This document shows positions 18,401 through 27,672 of a DNA stretch of 64,000 nucleotides, piece by piece (within the stretch, counting starts at the first letter, position 1; each line of letters begins with the position of its first letter). A model generated the notes under the pieces. It ran no database searches and was not told the origin of the DNA. It saw only the letters and a list, made by a program, of their open reading frames with translations. The stretch is from a virus (lineage: Duplodnaviria; Caudoviricetes). The position numbers and the translations under genes are program-made. The stretch covers positions 32,001 through 96,000 of IMG/VR virus record IMGVR_UViG_2784746770_000001; one strand, 5' to 3'.

Positions 18401-19509
18401 AGGCCGCAGGTCTCGCGGACAAGATGGGACTGATGCCCTCCACGGTGAGCATCCTGCTCAGTGCGAAGGGGATACCCGAGGCGAACGCACAGATCCTCGG
18501 GCTTCAGACACAGCTCGCGTCCCTGCCGCCCGGCAAGTCGGTCTCCGTCAAGGCCCCCAACGCCGAGGCCATCGCCGCGCTGCGCGCCGTCGGCTTCCAG
18601 GTCGCCACCCTCCCCGACGGGAAGAACGTGTCGATCACTGCACCGACCGGCGGCGCCCGCGGCCAGCTCGCCATGCTGATCGACTCGCTTGCCGCGACGC
18701 CGGCGAACAAGAACGTCTCGGTCAAGGCCCTGATCAAGACGGCCGCGGACGACCTCACTGCCGTCCGCGACAAGGTCGCGGCCCTGCCCGCCGGCAAGAC
18801 GCTCAAGATGGATGCCCCGACCAAGCTCGCGCAGGCAGAGCTTAAGGCCCTGGGCTTCAAGATCAAGGAAGTCCCTGGCACTAAGAAGGTCGAGATCATG
18901 GCCCCCACGGCGCCAGTGATCCAGAACGTCCGCGACATCCAGAGCCGCATCAACGCTCTGACCGGCAGGACGGTCCACGTGACCGTCCAGTACCACTCGG
19001 TCGGCAAGCCGACTGTCGTCAACCAGCAGGCGGACGGCGGGATCGTCCGGTTCGCCCAAGGCGGGATCCACCGAGTACGGAACCGTGTCCGGGCCTTCGC
19101 GAACGGCGTCGAGAAGCACATCGCCCAAATCGCGCGACCGGGCGAGTGGCGCCTGTGGGCTGAGCCGGAGACCGGCGGCGAGGCATACATTCCCCTCGCC
19201 CCGTCCAAGCGCAGGCGGTCCGCCGCGATCCTCGACGAGGTGGCCCAGATGTTCGGCGGCCGGGTCGTGTACTTCGCCAACGGGGCCTTGCGCCAGTACG
19301 CGGACGGTGCCACCCGACTACACCAGAGCACTGCCTCTTCTGCTGCACCGCGTCCCGCCGTTTCTCTGGGAAACGCCCGGGCCGCTCTCGTCGGCGGCGA
19401 CTTCAACCTGACGATGACGAGCCGTCCTATGTCACCGGGTGAAGCCGTCAGCGACGCGATGTTCGAGCTTCGACGGATCAAATTGGGAGGTTCCTATGCC
19501 GCCGGCTGA
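15484..19509 (+). CDS. tape measure protein
   Basis: 1341 aa, Ala/Gly-rich and helical, ALGGPWG motif, C-terminal ADGG...WAEPETGGEAYIPL. Confidence 0.95.
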   Translation: MSEGMQAGRLEVPVVASLAGFAEELRTKVEAAAEGLAVKVKVKVDTTGLRERIEKAAEEASRGVTAKVRVRVDRRGLRGELNDVAREAADSDVRVPVDIDEGRRRGGSLMDRIRSLLGGAQREVDRTPVDVPFQFKMPGGGRRSLRMLAIGGIISILQPAIAALTQYGGAVVALASSMAPAVGVLGAVPGLIAAAGTAAIGTKVAFSGFGEALKQNLRMYEQTAAGMKRTKAQEQQLASAMGKLSESAQKAVVTVADLGDEWRKMRQSVQERFFSNVADDIQPLSDSVLPLLQDSLGDSAAQMGVLAQRGARFMQTGIFKSDFKKIAGTNSKVIGNLTDGLGNLGRASLDFLVASGPFVERIGAAGERFTQWVRASAAAGRSTGSLGKFLDHAAEKAKQLGRTTLYLGRGLAGVGRAGMDAGNALFDGLEAAMLRFDRWANSAKGKKSMEKFFSDAAPTFHELNALVGDLVRGLGRMAKDNGITDLVRQIRTELMPGIGAFLNSIGRSVGPAVIGIISNIAQAIATLSSAGTGLGVLLTSFNGLLNVFNKLTDVIPGLGTGLGILLGTMLAFKVVRGISSALSGMVTSVRNLGTATSVANGAMGPQISVWQRMQGAYAGAASGAGRVTGALRAAGAAAGGMRVGMTGLLGALGGPWGAAIAAVTIGIGLLANQHEKAARAAEAQEQRISSLTQAFRDSNGAIDANVRAQAVQLLQDAKLHDGKTKLVDKLRDVGVNLTQLTDAYLDQGDGLDKLESKFRNLADANQEYIEKGRDVWVKGDGAESKRYRSAADALRSLNGELSESMRTAREGADAMNGAGNAGTDSFSRLKTAVDGMSNSTASADDRVNSLKRALDALTGGTQSFHDAQTRVNSAIISVNDAMEANTSKLKNASKELIQYDGSVNTATKSGQQFNSHLTELRDSASAAAVAAFDMAKNNGTPLADALRTGQSEMTKAREAAIAYGRDLGLTKEQAAGLADKMGLMPSTVSILLSAKGIPEANAQILGLQTQLASLPPGKSVSVKAPNAEAIAALRAVGFQVATLPDGKNVSITAPTGGARGQLAMLIDSLAATPANKNVSVKALIKTAADDLTAVRDKVAALPAGKTLKMDAPTKLAQAELKALGFKIKEVPGTKKVEIMAPTAPVIQNVRDIQSRINALTGRTVHVTVQYHSVGKPTVVNQQADGGIVRFAQGGIHRVRNRVRAFANGVEKHIAQIARPGEWRLWAEPETGGEAYIPLAPSKRRRSAAILDEVAQMFGGRVVYFANGALRQYADGATRLHQSTASSAAPRPAVSLGNARAALVGGDFNLTMTSRPMSPGEAVSDAMFELRRIKLGGSYAAG

Positions 19510-20476
19510 GGGCGAGTGGCGCCTGTGGTACTCCGCTTACAGGATGTACGCGGGGGCCGACTACACCTTCGGTACGCTCCACACAGGGTGCTACCTGACC
19601 GCGCCGTACGAGATCACCCTCGGGGACTCCGATGTGGGCGACTTCGAGCTGCCGCGCAACGACGGGATCCGCTTCGGCAGGGATCGGAGGGCGGCCAACA
19701 AGATCACCTTCGAGTTGGGCGTCGATGCGATTGGCGCCGCGACCACACGCCTGGGCCGCCATGGGGCCGGGCTCTCGAAGCTGTCTCAGTTCGCGCAGGC
19801 ATGGGATGCCGAGGCGCTGCGACTTCAGTACGGGCATTCGGCGGTGCTGTCGACCACCCAGGGCGGCCGAAGCCGCCGCTTCTACGGCCGCCCCCGCAAG
19901 TGGGCGGCGGCTGGCTCACGGCTGACCCGGCAGGGCTACACCCCGGTCGTCGCGGAATTTCAGTGTGTGGACGACACTGCGTACGACGACGTCGAGCAGG
20001 TCGAACGCGTGCCGCTGCGCTGGGTCCAGGCACCGCGCGGCATCAGCGGCCCGATCGCTCGCCGAATCTGGACACCTGGCACACCGAATCCGGACCGCTG
20101 GCACCCGGCGCCTCCCGCCCCCGGGCCGCCGGAGCCGCCCCCAGGGGATGTGGTCAACCGGGGCACGAAGCCAACGTGGCCAGTGATCACCATCTACGGG
20201 CAGATCACCAACCCCGTGGTCAAGCTGCAAGGCCGCTGGACGGTGAACCTCGACCTCTCCCTCAAGGCCGGCGAGAAGGTGACGATCGACACCAGGCCCT
20301 GGATCGCGACCGTCACCAGGGGCAGTGCGTCAGTGGCCGGCCTGATCCGCCGTGGCTCGCCCCGCCTGGACCAGATGCGCATGCCGCCCGGACGCTGCAT
20401 CTTCGACATCGACGGCAAGGGCGCACCAGACGCGTACATGACGGTGGCCTGGCGAGACGCCTACTCGTACTTGTAG
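19496..20476 (+). CDS. distal tail (Dit-like) protein
   Basis: GGGAGG RBS; follows the tape measure gene; VVNRGTKPTWPVITIYG...VTIDTRPW...WRDAY. Confidence 0.8.
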   Translation: MPPAEGEWRLWYSAYRMYAGADYTFGTLHTGCYLTAPYEITLGDSDVGDFELPRNDGIRFGRDRRAANKITFELGVDAIGAATTRLGRHGAGLSKLSQFAQAWDAEALRLQYGHSAVLSTTQGGRSRRFYGRPRKWAAAGSRLTRQGYTPVVAEFQCVDDTAYDDVEQVERVPLRWVQAPRGISGPIARRIWTPGTPNPDRWHPAPPAPGPPEPPPGDVVNRGTKPTWPVITIYGQITNPVVKLQGRWTVNLDLSLKAGEKVTIDTRPWIATVTRGSASVAGLIRRGSPRLDQMRMPPGRCIFDIDGKGAPDAYMTVAWRDAYSYL

Positions 20477-20498
20477 CCGCCGAGGCCCAGCACGCCGA

Positions 20499-20526
20499 GA
20501 CACAAAGCGTTTCTCTGGGAAACGCT
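20499..20526 (+). promoter_or_regulatory. late promoter motif copy
   Basis: GACACAA-N15-AACGCT. Confidence 0.55.
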
Positions 20527-20564
20527 GCGCCCTTCCATCAGGTTGATCAACGAAGGGGCGCAGG

Positions 20565-21545
20565 ATGTGGGACGGGGTTCCCTGGTACATCGAGGGCGGA
20601 GCGCTGCATTCCGAGGCCACGCTGCGGCTGCTGGCGTTCGCTGCCTTCGGGGGCAACGAGGGAGTGGTCGGGGCGAAGGACCTGGCCGTGCGGGCGCTGA
20701 CGCAGCCCGACGCGAGCGTGCAGGCGCTCCCGGGGGCGTGCGCGGTCCTGAACCGGGCCGAGGGCTCCTCGTACCAGGCGTACGCCGGGCGGCTGCCGGT
20801 CGCAGACACGATCCCGATTGCGTCAACCGGGAGTCAGCCGCGCAGCGACCTGATCATCGCCCGCGTGGAGAACCCCTACTCGCCCGGAGAGGCATGGCCG
20901 CTGCCCGAGGACATCGAGGCAGGCCCGTACGTCTTCACCCGGGTCATCCCCGGGGTGCAGCCGACAACGGTCGCCCGTGACCTCGCGACGCTGGCGCCCC
21001 GGGACTCGGCGATCGCCCTGGCCCGCATCGACCTCCCCCCGAACACCACCAGCATCACCCAGGACATGATCACGGACCTCCGGTCGATCGCGAACCCGCG
21101 GCACGAGCGGATCCAGCGGAACGCGCAACTCAGCGCGGCCACGGTGCTGGGCTACCTAGACGGCTCCTGGCAGAACTGGCCGGGGGAGGTGACGAGCTGG
21201 AACCTGAACATCCCGCTGTGGGCCACGCACGCCAAGGTGAAGCTGACCTTGTCCGGCCTCCGGATGTCTGGCGGCGTCGTGGCCGGCTCCATGCGGCTGC
21301 TCCTGGGCGAAGGGCTCGGAGCGGAGGTTCCCATCGGCGACGAGCAGGCATCCGCCATCCGGCGCCGCGCGGTGTTGCTCTCGACCGAGTTCCCCATCGC
21401 CGACGACCTGCGGGCCACCACCCAGGCCCTGACCGTGCAGACCAAGATCAGTGCGGCAGGCGGGGACGTGCAGGTCGACGCCTCCACATGGATCACGCTC
21501 GACGTGGAGTTCTCCGAGGCCCCCGACGAGGTCGAGGCGGTGTGA
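20565..21545 (+). CDS. minor tail protein
   Basis: RSDLIIARVENP...LARIDLPPNTTSITQDMITDLR resembles actinophage minor tail proteins. Confidence 0.8.
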   Translation: MWDGVPWYIEGGALHSEATLRLLAFAAFGGNEGVVGAKDLAVRALTQPDASVQALPGACAVLNRAEGSSYQAYAGRLPVADTIPIASTGSQPRSDLIIARVENPYSPGEAWPLPEDIEAGPYVFTRVIPGVQPTTVARDLATLAPRDSAIALARIDLPPNTTSITQDMITDLRSIANPRHERIQRNAQLSAATVLGYLDGSWQNWPGEVTSWNLNIPLWATHAKVKLTLSGLRMSGGVVAGSMRLLLGEGLGAEVPIGDEQASAIRRRAVLLSTEFPIADDLRATTQALTVQTKISAAGGDVQVDASTWITLDVEFSEAPDEVEAV

Positions 21546-21546
21546 C

Positions 21547-22746
21547 GTGCAGGACTGGCGATTCATCGCTCAGAGGGCTCTGCCGGAGACGATCCTCGAC
21601 TGGGAAGTCCCCCTCTCCCTGACGTCCAACCCCCGCCGAGAGCTGTCCGGGCCTGGGTCGATGACGGGGGTGATCGAGCCGGAGTACCAGCGCATGATCG
21701 GCTCCGACGGCAAGCCGATCATCCAGGAGTGGGGCACCAAGCTCTACCTGGAGGTCAACGGGGCGATCAGGTGGGGAGGGATCGTCACCAAGACCTCCTA
21801 CGACAGCGGGAAGGCGACCATCCAGTGCGAGGGCTTCTCCTCGTACGCGCACGGCATCCCGTACGAGGACTACCGGATCTCCGGCCAGCTGATCACCCCG
21901 AAAGACCCGTACGCCGGCAAGGACAAAAACCACGATGGGTGGGTGGACGGGAAGAAGGGCAAACAGCGCATCCCCAAGCCCCCCAAGCCGTACGGCGGGC
22001 CGCGCTTTGACGTCTTCGACGCCTACCGGGAGATCTGGCGCCACATCCAGACCCGCTCGTACGGCAACATCGGGCTGGTCGTCGACCCACACGACCTCGG
22101 CGAGCCCCTGGGCGCAAAGGACGGATCAGACCCCTGGGAGCTCGCGTGGTGGGACAACCCCGACTGCGGACAGGTCCTCGACACCCTGACCCGGACCACC
22201 CCCTTTGACTGGCGCGAAGAGCACACCTGGGCCTCCCGCATCGGAAACAAGATCTCCCACCGGATCCGGCTCGGGAGGCCGCGCCTGGGCCGGCGTCGTA
22301 CCGATCTGCGTTTCGCCGACGGCGAGAACATCATCGCCATCGCGCGCCCCGAGGGGATGGGCGACGAGTACGCCAACGACATCGTCGTCCTGGGCAAGGG
22401 CGAGGGCCGCAAGATGGCGAGGGCGCAGGTCCACGCCTACGACGGCCGACTGCGCCGCGTCGCGACGGTGACGGACAAGACGCTCTCCTCCGCCTCCGCG
22501 CTCGCCACCCGCGGCCGCGCCGAACTTGCCGGACGCACACGCCAGCTCCAGATTCCGCAGATCCAGATCATCGACCACCCCAACGCGAGGTTCGGGTCGT
22601 GGGCGCTCGGCGACGACATCCGCGTCCAGGTCGAAGTCCCGTGGGTCGGAGTCGTCGACGTCTGGCACCGGATCATCGCCGACGAGGTCAGCGCCGACGG
22701 CATCCTGACCCTCTATCTGCGCCGCTCCGACAGCTTCCACTACTGA
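21547..22746 (+). CDS. minor tail / hub protein
   Basis: RELSGPG, IRWGGI, YANDIVVLGKGEG, LGDDIRV; synteny. Confidence 0.8.
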   Translation: MQDWRFIAQRALPETILDWEVPLSLTSNPRRELSGPGSMTGVIEPEYQRMIGSDGKPIIQEWGTKLYLEVNGAIRWGGIVTKTSYDSGKATIQCEGFSSYAHGIPYEDYRISGQLITPKDPYAGKDKNHDGWVDGKKGKQRIPKPPKPYGGPRFDVFDAYREIWRHIQTRSYGNIGLVVDPHDLGEPLGAKDGSDPWELAWWDNPDCGQVLDTLTRTTPFDWREEHTWASRIGNKISHRIRLGRPRLGRRRTDLRFADGENIIAIARPEGMGDEYANDIVVLGKGEGRKMARAQVHAYDGRLRRVATVTDKTLSSASALATRGRAELAGRTRQLQIPQIQIIDHPNARFGSWALGDDIRVQVEVPWVGVVDVWHRIIADEVSADGILTLYLRRSDSFHY

Positions 22747-22765
22747 CCGGCCCCGGCCAGCGGGC

Positions 22766-22792
22766 GACACTAACCCCAGCGATCCTCACCAT
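22766..22792 (+). promoter_or_regulatory. late promoter motif copy (variant, near-leaderless)
   Basis: GACACTA-N14-CACCAT, 8 nt before ATG 22801. Confidence 0.5.
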
Positions 22793-22800
22793 GCCCGGCC

Positions 22801-25347
22801 ATGGTGAGGATTCTGGAGACGGCCACAGGGGCGCAGGGGCTCGCCCGCGCCCTGCACGACTTCGAGCTGCGGCTGCGGGCCGTCGAGCGCAGCACGCAGG
22901 CTTCGCACACGTCCATCGAGGGCGGTGCGATGGACATCTACGACGAGCAGGGCCAGCTCAAGGGCAGCGTGGGCGTGCAGCCCGACGGCGGCGTCGCCCT
23001 GGTCCCGGTCAACACCGACCCGCCGCCGACCCCCATGCCGCCGACCGTCGAACCGGTCCTCGCCGGGCTGGTCATCGGCTGGGACGGCACCTGGGACGAC
23101 GCCTACTCCAGTCCCAGCGACTTCTCCCTCGTCCAGGTCCACGTCGGCCCCACCGCCGACTTCACCCCCGACCTGTCCACGCACGTCGCCACGATCACCG
23201 CGCAGCTCGGCGGGACCGTCACCGTCGCGATCGAGGGCTACAGCCCGGTGTGGGCGCGGCTCGTCGCGCAGAACACCGCGCAGGTCACCGGGGTGCCGTC
23301 CGGCGCCACGCAGGGCACGCCCCGGCAGGCCGTAGGCCAGGACCTCATCGACGGGATCATCTCCGAGGTCAAGCTCGCCACCGACGCGGTCACCGCGGCG
23401 AAGATCGCCCTCGGCGCCGTCACCGAGGGCGCCATCGCCAACAACGCGGTCACCGCCGGGAAGATCCTCGCCGGGTCGGTCACCACCGCCCACCTGACCG
23501 CCCTCGCCGTGACCGCGGAGAAGATCGCCGCGCTCGCCATCACCACCGAGAAGATCGCCGCCCTGGCGATCACCGCGGACAAGCTCGCCGTGAACGCGGT
23601 GACGGCGACGAAGATTGCCGCCGGAACCATCGACGCCACCCACATCAAGACCGGCTCGCTCACCGCCGAGAAACTCGCCCTCGGCGTCGACGGCAACGTC
23701 ATCCCCGACCCCTCCTTCGAGGGCGCCATCTCCGCCCAGCGCGTGGCGGGCCTGCCCGACTGGACGATCGCCACCACCGGCAACGGCACCCCCCGCTCCC
23801 TGCGCACCGACCTCAGCGTGGACCCCAACCCGGGCAAGACGTTGCTCCTCGCCGAGCTGCCCGCGGTCCCCGGACAGAAGTTCTGGTTCGCTGCCGACTA
23901 CATGGTCCCCACGGACAGCACCGTCGAGAGCATCACCATGTGGGTCGAGTGGCGCGACCAGAACGGCAACTATGTCGAGGACTCCAGGATCCAGCTCACC
24001 GGCACCGCGGTTGTGAAGGGCGGGTGGAAACGGATCTCCGGGGTCCCGGACAAGGCCGCGGCCGCGAACACGACCACGGCCCGCATCTTCATCGGCGGGG
24101 TCGTACGGGCGGGCGCCCTGTACTTCGACAACGCGGCCGCCCGGGTGGTGCTTGCCTCCGGCTTCGCTGGGGCTCGCGCCGAGCTGAGCCCCCGCGGCTT
24201 GCAGCTCTTCGACGACGACGGCGAGGAGGCCGTCGCACTGGTCACCGGCCGCCCCAACTATCTGACTCTCTCGGACAACGGGCAGCCCGTCGCCACCATC
24301 GACCAGGGCGGGAACGCCGCCTTCGGCAACCTCGCCGTTGCCGGGACCCTCGAAGTCGGCGGCGACCCGCTGGAGAAGATCCTCGCCCAGTACCCCCGCG
24401 GCCTCGTCGCCCTCGACTACATGGCCACCGCGGTCCAGGCCGGGACCACCGAGTACGGATACGTGGAGCTCGCGTTCGACGCGGACCCCACCCGCATGTA
24501 CCGGATCGTCTTCGACGCCTACGCGGACCCGTCCGTAGGAGGAGGAGAGGTCGCGGTCGTCCTGCGCGACGGAGGCGCCTCCACCCCCTCGATCAACTCC
24601 ACCCAGATCCAGTCGATCACTCAGCCCCTGGTGTGGGCCGGATGGAACCGGGTCCACCTGGAGACCATCCGGTCCGGGGCTGCGTTCGGCGCAGGCCTCC
24701 ACCGCCTCCTGATCTCCTTCTGGGCTCAGGCGGGTCCGGCCGGCCAGACCGTCCGGCTCCTCGGCGCGGCCGGCTACCCCGGCATCTTCTACGTCGAGGA
24801 CGTCGGCCCCTACCTGGGGGAGACCGGCGTTTATAACTCCGGAGGCGGCACTGTCACCCAGCCGGTGAAGACCTACACCAAGACGTACGCCGCCTCATGG
24901 TCCGGCTCGTACTCCAACCGCTCCGCCTACAACTCCTTCTGGGGGAACTCCTGCTACCAGGGCTACTACAGCTCCACCAACGGCATGCAGGCGTCCCTGA
25001 TCGGATTCCCCGCCCAGCTCTCCACCGACCTCTCCGGCGCCAGTATCCAGAAGGCCGAGGTCTACCTCTACTTCGACCACTGGTACTCCAACTCGGGCGG
25101 CACCGCGGTCATCAAGGCCCACAAGCACGCCTCCCGGCCCGCGACCTTCTCCTGCGACGCCGAGTCCAAGGCCGTCACCTGGGCCCGCAATCAGGGTAAA
25201 TGGGTCGATATTACGTCGGTGTTCGATTCCACCTCGTGGCGCGGTATCGCGCTCGACCCGAATAGCTCCTCGCTCACCTACTACGGCCGCGCCCGTGGCG
25301 TCGGCCAGAGCTACCCCCCGCAGCTCAAAGTCACCTACACCAAGTAA
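22801..25347 (+). CDS. tail fibre / receptor-binding protein
   Basis: 848 aa; 10-aa AVTA(E/D)KIA repeats near 23380-23680; beta-rich, aromatic C-terminal domains. Confidence 0.85.
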   Translation: MVRILETATGAQGLARALHDFELRLRAVERSTQASHTSIEGGAMDIYDEQGQLKGSVGVQPDGGVALVPVNTDPPPTPMPPTVEPVLAGLVIGWDGTWDDAYSSPSDFSLVQVHVGPTADFTPDLSTHVATITAQLGGTVTVAIEGYSPVWARLVAQNTAQVTGVPSGATQGTPRQAVGQDLIDGIISEVKLATDAVTAAKIALGAVTEGAIANNAVTAGKILAGSVTTAHLTALAVTAEKIAALAITTEKIAALAITADKLAVNAVTATKIAAGTIDATHIKTGSLTAEKLALGVDGNVIPDPSFEGAISAQRVAGLPDWTIATTGNGTPRSLRTDLSVDPNPGKTLLLAELPAVPGQKFWFAADYMVPTDSTVESITMWVEWRDQNGNYVEDSRIQLTGTAVVKGGWKRISGVPDKAAAANTTTARIFIGGVVRAGALYFDNAAARVVLASGFAGARAELSPRGLQLFDDDGEEAVALVTGRPNYLTLSDNGQPVATIDQGGNAAFGNLAVAGTLEVGGDPLEKILAQYPRGLVALDYMATAVQAGTTEYGYVELAFDADPTRMYRIVFDAYADPSVGGGEVAVVLRDGGASTPSINSTQIQSITQPLVWAGWNRVHLETIRSGAAFGAGLHRLLISFWAQAGPAGQTVRLLGAAGYPGIFYVEDVGPYLGETGVYNSGGGTVTQPVKTYTKTYAASWSGSYSNRSAYNSFWGNSCYQGYYSSTNGMQASLIGFPAQLSTDLSGASIQKAEVYLYFDHWYSNSGGTAVIKAHKHASRPATFSCDAESKAVTWARNQGKWVDITSVFDSTSWRGIALDPNSSSLTYYGRARGVGQSYPPQLKVTYTK

Positions 25348-25359
25348 CCGGAGGACCCC

Positions 25360-25710
25360 ATGCCCGTATCCACCCTCGTTGACGAGCACGCCCTCATGTC
25401 CAGCATCACCTTCGCCGCCCGCGTCCGCGCCGGGTACGCCCGCATCGCCCGCGAAGTCCTCGCCGAAGACCCCAGCACCGTCGGCCACCCCCTGCGCTCC
25501 GCGCTCGCCCGCGGCACCCTCAACCCCTCCGACCTCACCGGCCCCGGCTACGCCCCTGTCATCGCCACCGACCCCGTCATCTCCGCCGCGGCCGCCGCCG
25601 GCCACGTCGACGGCCAGCCCGACAGCGCCCAGGCCGCGGTCACCGACGAGATGATCCTCGACGCCGTCCGCCGCGCGTGGAACCTGAACGCCGGCGTCAC
25701 CGGAACGTAG
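25360..25710 (+). CDS. small tail-fibre-associated protein
   Basis: GGAGG RBS; VTDEMILDAVRRAWN; position after the fibre gene. Confidence 0.7.
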   Translation: MPVSTLVDEHALMSSITFAARVRAGYARIAREVLAEDPSTVGHPLRSALARGTLNPSDLTGPGYAPVIATDPVISAAAAAGHVDGQPDSAQAAVTDEMILDAVRRAWNLNAGVTGT

Positions 25711-25723
25711 GCGCGCACGCCGC

Positions 25724-25750
25724 GACACAAGCCGACCGGTCGTGCACCGT
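25724..25750 (+). promoter_or_regulatory. late promoter motif copy
   Basis: GACACAA-N14-CACCGT. Confidence 0.6.
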
Positions 25751-25826
25751 ACGGCAATGCGGGGAGCCGCGGGCCTCCAGGCCCCGGCTCCCGCGCACCC
25801 ATATCCACTTTCGAGGAGGGGCGCCC

Positions 25827-26327
25827 GTGGACTGGCTCACTTCCCTGGCGCCCGTCATCGGCCCCCTGGCAGGCGCGGGTGGCGTTGTCGCAGGAGCCTG
25901 GTTCAGCTACCGCCAGGTCAAGCGCCGAGGCGACGCCGACGAGCGGGTCGCCTCCGTGCAGGCCGCTACCTCGGCGCAGGCCGCCGAGGGGCAGACCTAC
26001 GTCGAGGCCATGAAGACGGTGACCGCCGGGTTCTCCTCCCTGCTCGACCAGCAGCGAGGGATGCTCGATCAGCAGAAGGTCGTCCTGGAGCAGGAGCGCG
26101 CGGTGCACGCCCAGACCATCGAGCGCGTCACCGTCCTGGAGGCCGGACAGCTCGAACTCCAGCGGGAGGTCCGGCACATGCGTGAGGAGCAGCGCAAGGA
26201 CCGTCGGTGGAAGGCCGCCGCGCTCGACTACATCCGCGTCCTGCTCGACAGCCTCCGCTCGCTGGGCCGCACCGCTCCCGCGCCACCCGACGAGATCGCC
26301 GAGGACATCAACCGGCCCGCCGAGTAG
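25827..26327 (+). CDS. membrane-anchored coiled-coil protein (lysis module)
   Basis: GAGGAG RBS and GTG start; N-terminal TM helix followed by a coiled coil. Confidence 0.7.
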   Translation: MDWLTSLAPVIGPLAGAGGVVAGAWFSYRQVKRRGDADERVASVQAATSAQAAEGQTYVEAMKTVTAGFSSLLDQQRGMLDQQKVVLEQERAVHAQTIERVTVLEAGQLELQREVRHMREEQRKDRRWKAAALDYIRVLLDSLRSLGRTAPAPPDEIAEDINRPAE

Positions 26328-26336
26328 CCACCGCGC

Positions 26337-26364
26337 GACGCAAGACCCCTGTGCCGTGCAGGGT
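26337..26364 (+). promoter_or_regulatory. late promoter motif copy
   Basis: GACGCAA-N15-CAGGGT. Confidence 0.6.
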
Positions 26365-26400
26365 CCAGTCCTCTCGTCCCCGACAGACAAGGACCCCACC

Positions 26401-26718
26401 ATGAACACCCTCAACACCCTCGCCTTTGCCTCGGGAGTTGGCGCCTTCCTGCCGCTCCTGACCGCGGTCGTGCAGCAGCCCTTCTGGTCGGCCCGGGCCA
26501 AGCGGATCGTGGCCGTCGTCGTCGCTCTGCTCGCCGGCGTCGTCACCGTCGCCAGCACGGGTGGCATCGAGCAGTTCACCCACGGCCTGCCCACGCTCGG
26601 CACGATCGCGGCGGTCCTGGCCGCCTCGCAGGCCGCGCACGACCTCGTCTGGAAGCCGAGCACGATTACGGCCAAGATCGAGTCCGTGACGAGCCCGAAG
26701 CCGGGCACAACGGCCTAA
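26401..26718 (+). CDS. putative holin
   Basis: 105 aa, about 3 hydrophobic segments, LPLLTAVVQQPFWS...WKPS; end of the tail operon. Confidence 0.75.
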   Translation: MNTLNTLAFASGVGAFLPLLTAVVQQPFWSARAKRIVAVVVALLAGVVTVASTGGIEQFTHGLPTLGTIAAVLAASQAAHDLVWKPSTITAKIESVTSPKPGTTA

Positions 26719-26765
26719 TCGGTCCGCTGAGGCCCGCGCCCGGTCTCGGGCGCGGGTATCATCCC

Positions 26766-26981
26766 CGCGAAGGTGAAGTGGCCTCGCTGCCGCCGATCCC
26801 GCCGTTGAAGACAGCGCCTCGTACCTTTCTGGGGGCCCTCCGGGGGCCCTGGCCGACGCGAGGAAGAGCGAATCGAGTCCACTCCGCGCCTAACCGGCGC
26901 CGAGGGCCGGGGAGCCAATCGCTCTGGCGATGAGCCGGCACACGGAGGGGTCGGTCGCAGCGGGGCCACTTCACCTTCGCG
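26766..26981 (+). ncRNA. candidate structured RNA with a closing stem of about 40 bp
   Basis: 26766-26805 pairs with 26942-26981; two of the differences are G-U wobbles on the + strand; TATCAT -10-like hexamer at 26757-26762. Confidence 0.6.
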
Positions 26982-27028
26982 CACCGGCGTCCCGCCGGCA
27001 CACGCATGACTCAGGAGGACGCGCCGGA

Positions 27029-27655
27029 ATGGTGGCATCGCAAAAGGCCCTCCCCGCAGGCGAGGCGAGGCCGGACCACGGCGAGCGCCCGAAGCCCCGA
27101 CGGTGGAAAGACCCAGAGCCGGAGGCCGTTGCCGCCCGGACTGCCGAGCTGGTGCAGATCAGCAAGCACAAGGACCGTCTCAAGCAGGTCGAGCGCCTAG
27201 CGCCCCACCTTGTCCAGTTCCTCACTGTCACCGCCCTCCCGTGGGAGAAGCGGCCCGCCGACTATGAGGTTCAGGCCCTGGCCTTCCGCTCGCCCGAGCT
27301 TGCCCGGACGGTTCGTCCGACTCTCGCAGCCATCGCCCGAGAGCCGGAAAAGTACCTGCCGCAGGGGCCGGAGGAGCCCAGCAAGCGTCACCGCAACCGG
27401 ATCACCGAGCTGCGCAGTCGCGCCCTGGTGGAAGACCGGCTGGTGTACCGAGTGCAGGCTGCCGAAGCGGCCAAGCGCGGCGTCTTCTTGCCGGAGTTCA
27501 ACCCCCGAGGGCGCGCTCGCCAGCGACTCGCGGCCGAGCACCCGGAGCGCTTCCTCGAACTCGTCCGGGAAGAGGAAGCCGCCCAGGCGAAGAAGAACGA
27601 AGTCGAGCGCCGCGAGCGTGCGGCAGCTCGGCGGGTCGACCGAACGCCGTCCTGA
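27029..27655 (+). CDS. basic helical orphan protein
   Basis: AGGAGG RBS; Arg/Lys/Glu-rich 208 aa; lies between the RNA candidate and the repeat array. Confidence 0.75.
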   Translation: MVASQKALPAGEARPDHGERPKPRRWKDPEPEAVAARTAELVQISKHKDRLKQVERLAPHLVQFLTVTALPWEKRPADYEVQALAFRSPELARTVRPTLAAIAREPEKYLPQGPEEPSKRHRNRITELRSRALVEDRLVYRVQAAEAAKRGVFLPEFNPRGRARQRLAAEHPERFLELVREEEAAQAKKNEVERRERAAARRVDRTPS

Positions 27656-27672
27656 TCGACCCGCACCCTCAT

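Noticed and set aside
26766-27655. Retron (inverted-repeat-bounded ncRNA plus ORF)
   Set aside because: The adjacent protein has no reverse transcriptase motifs (no YADD-like motif), and I saw no RT in the window.
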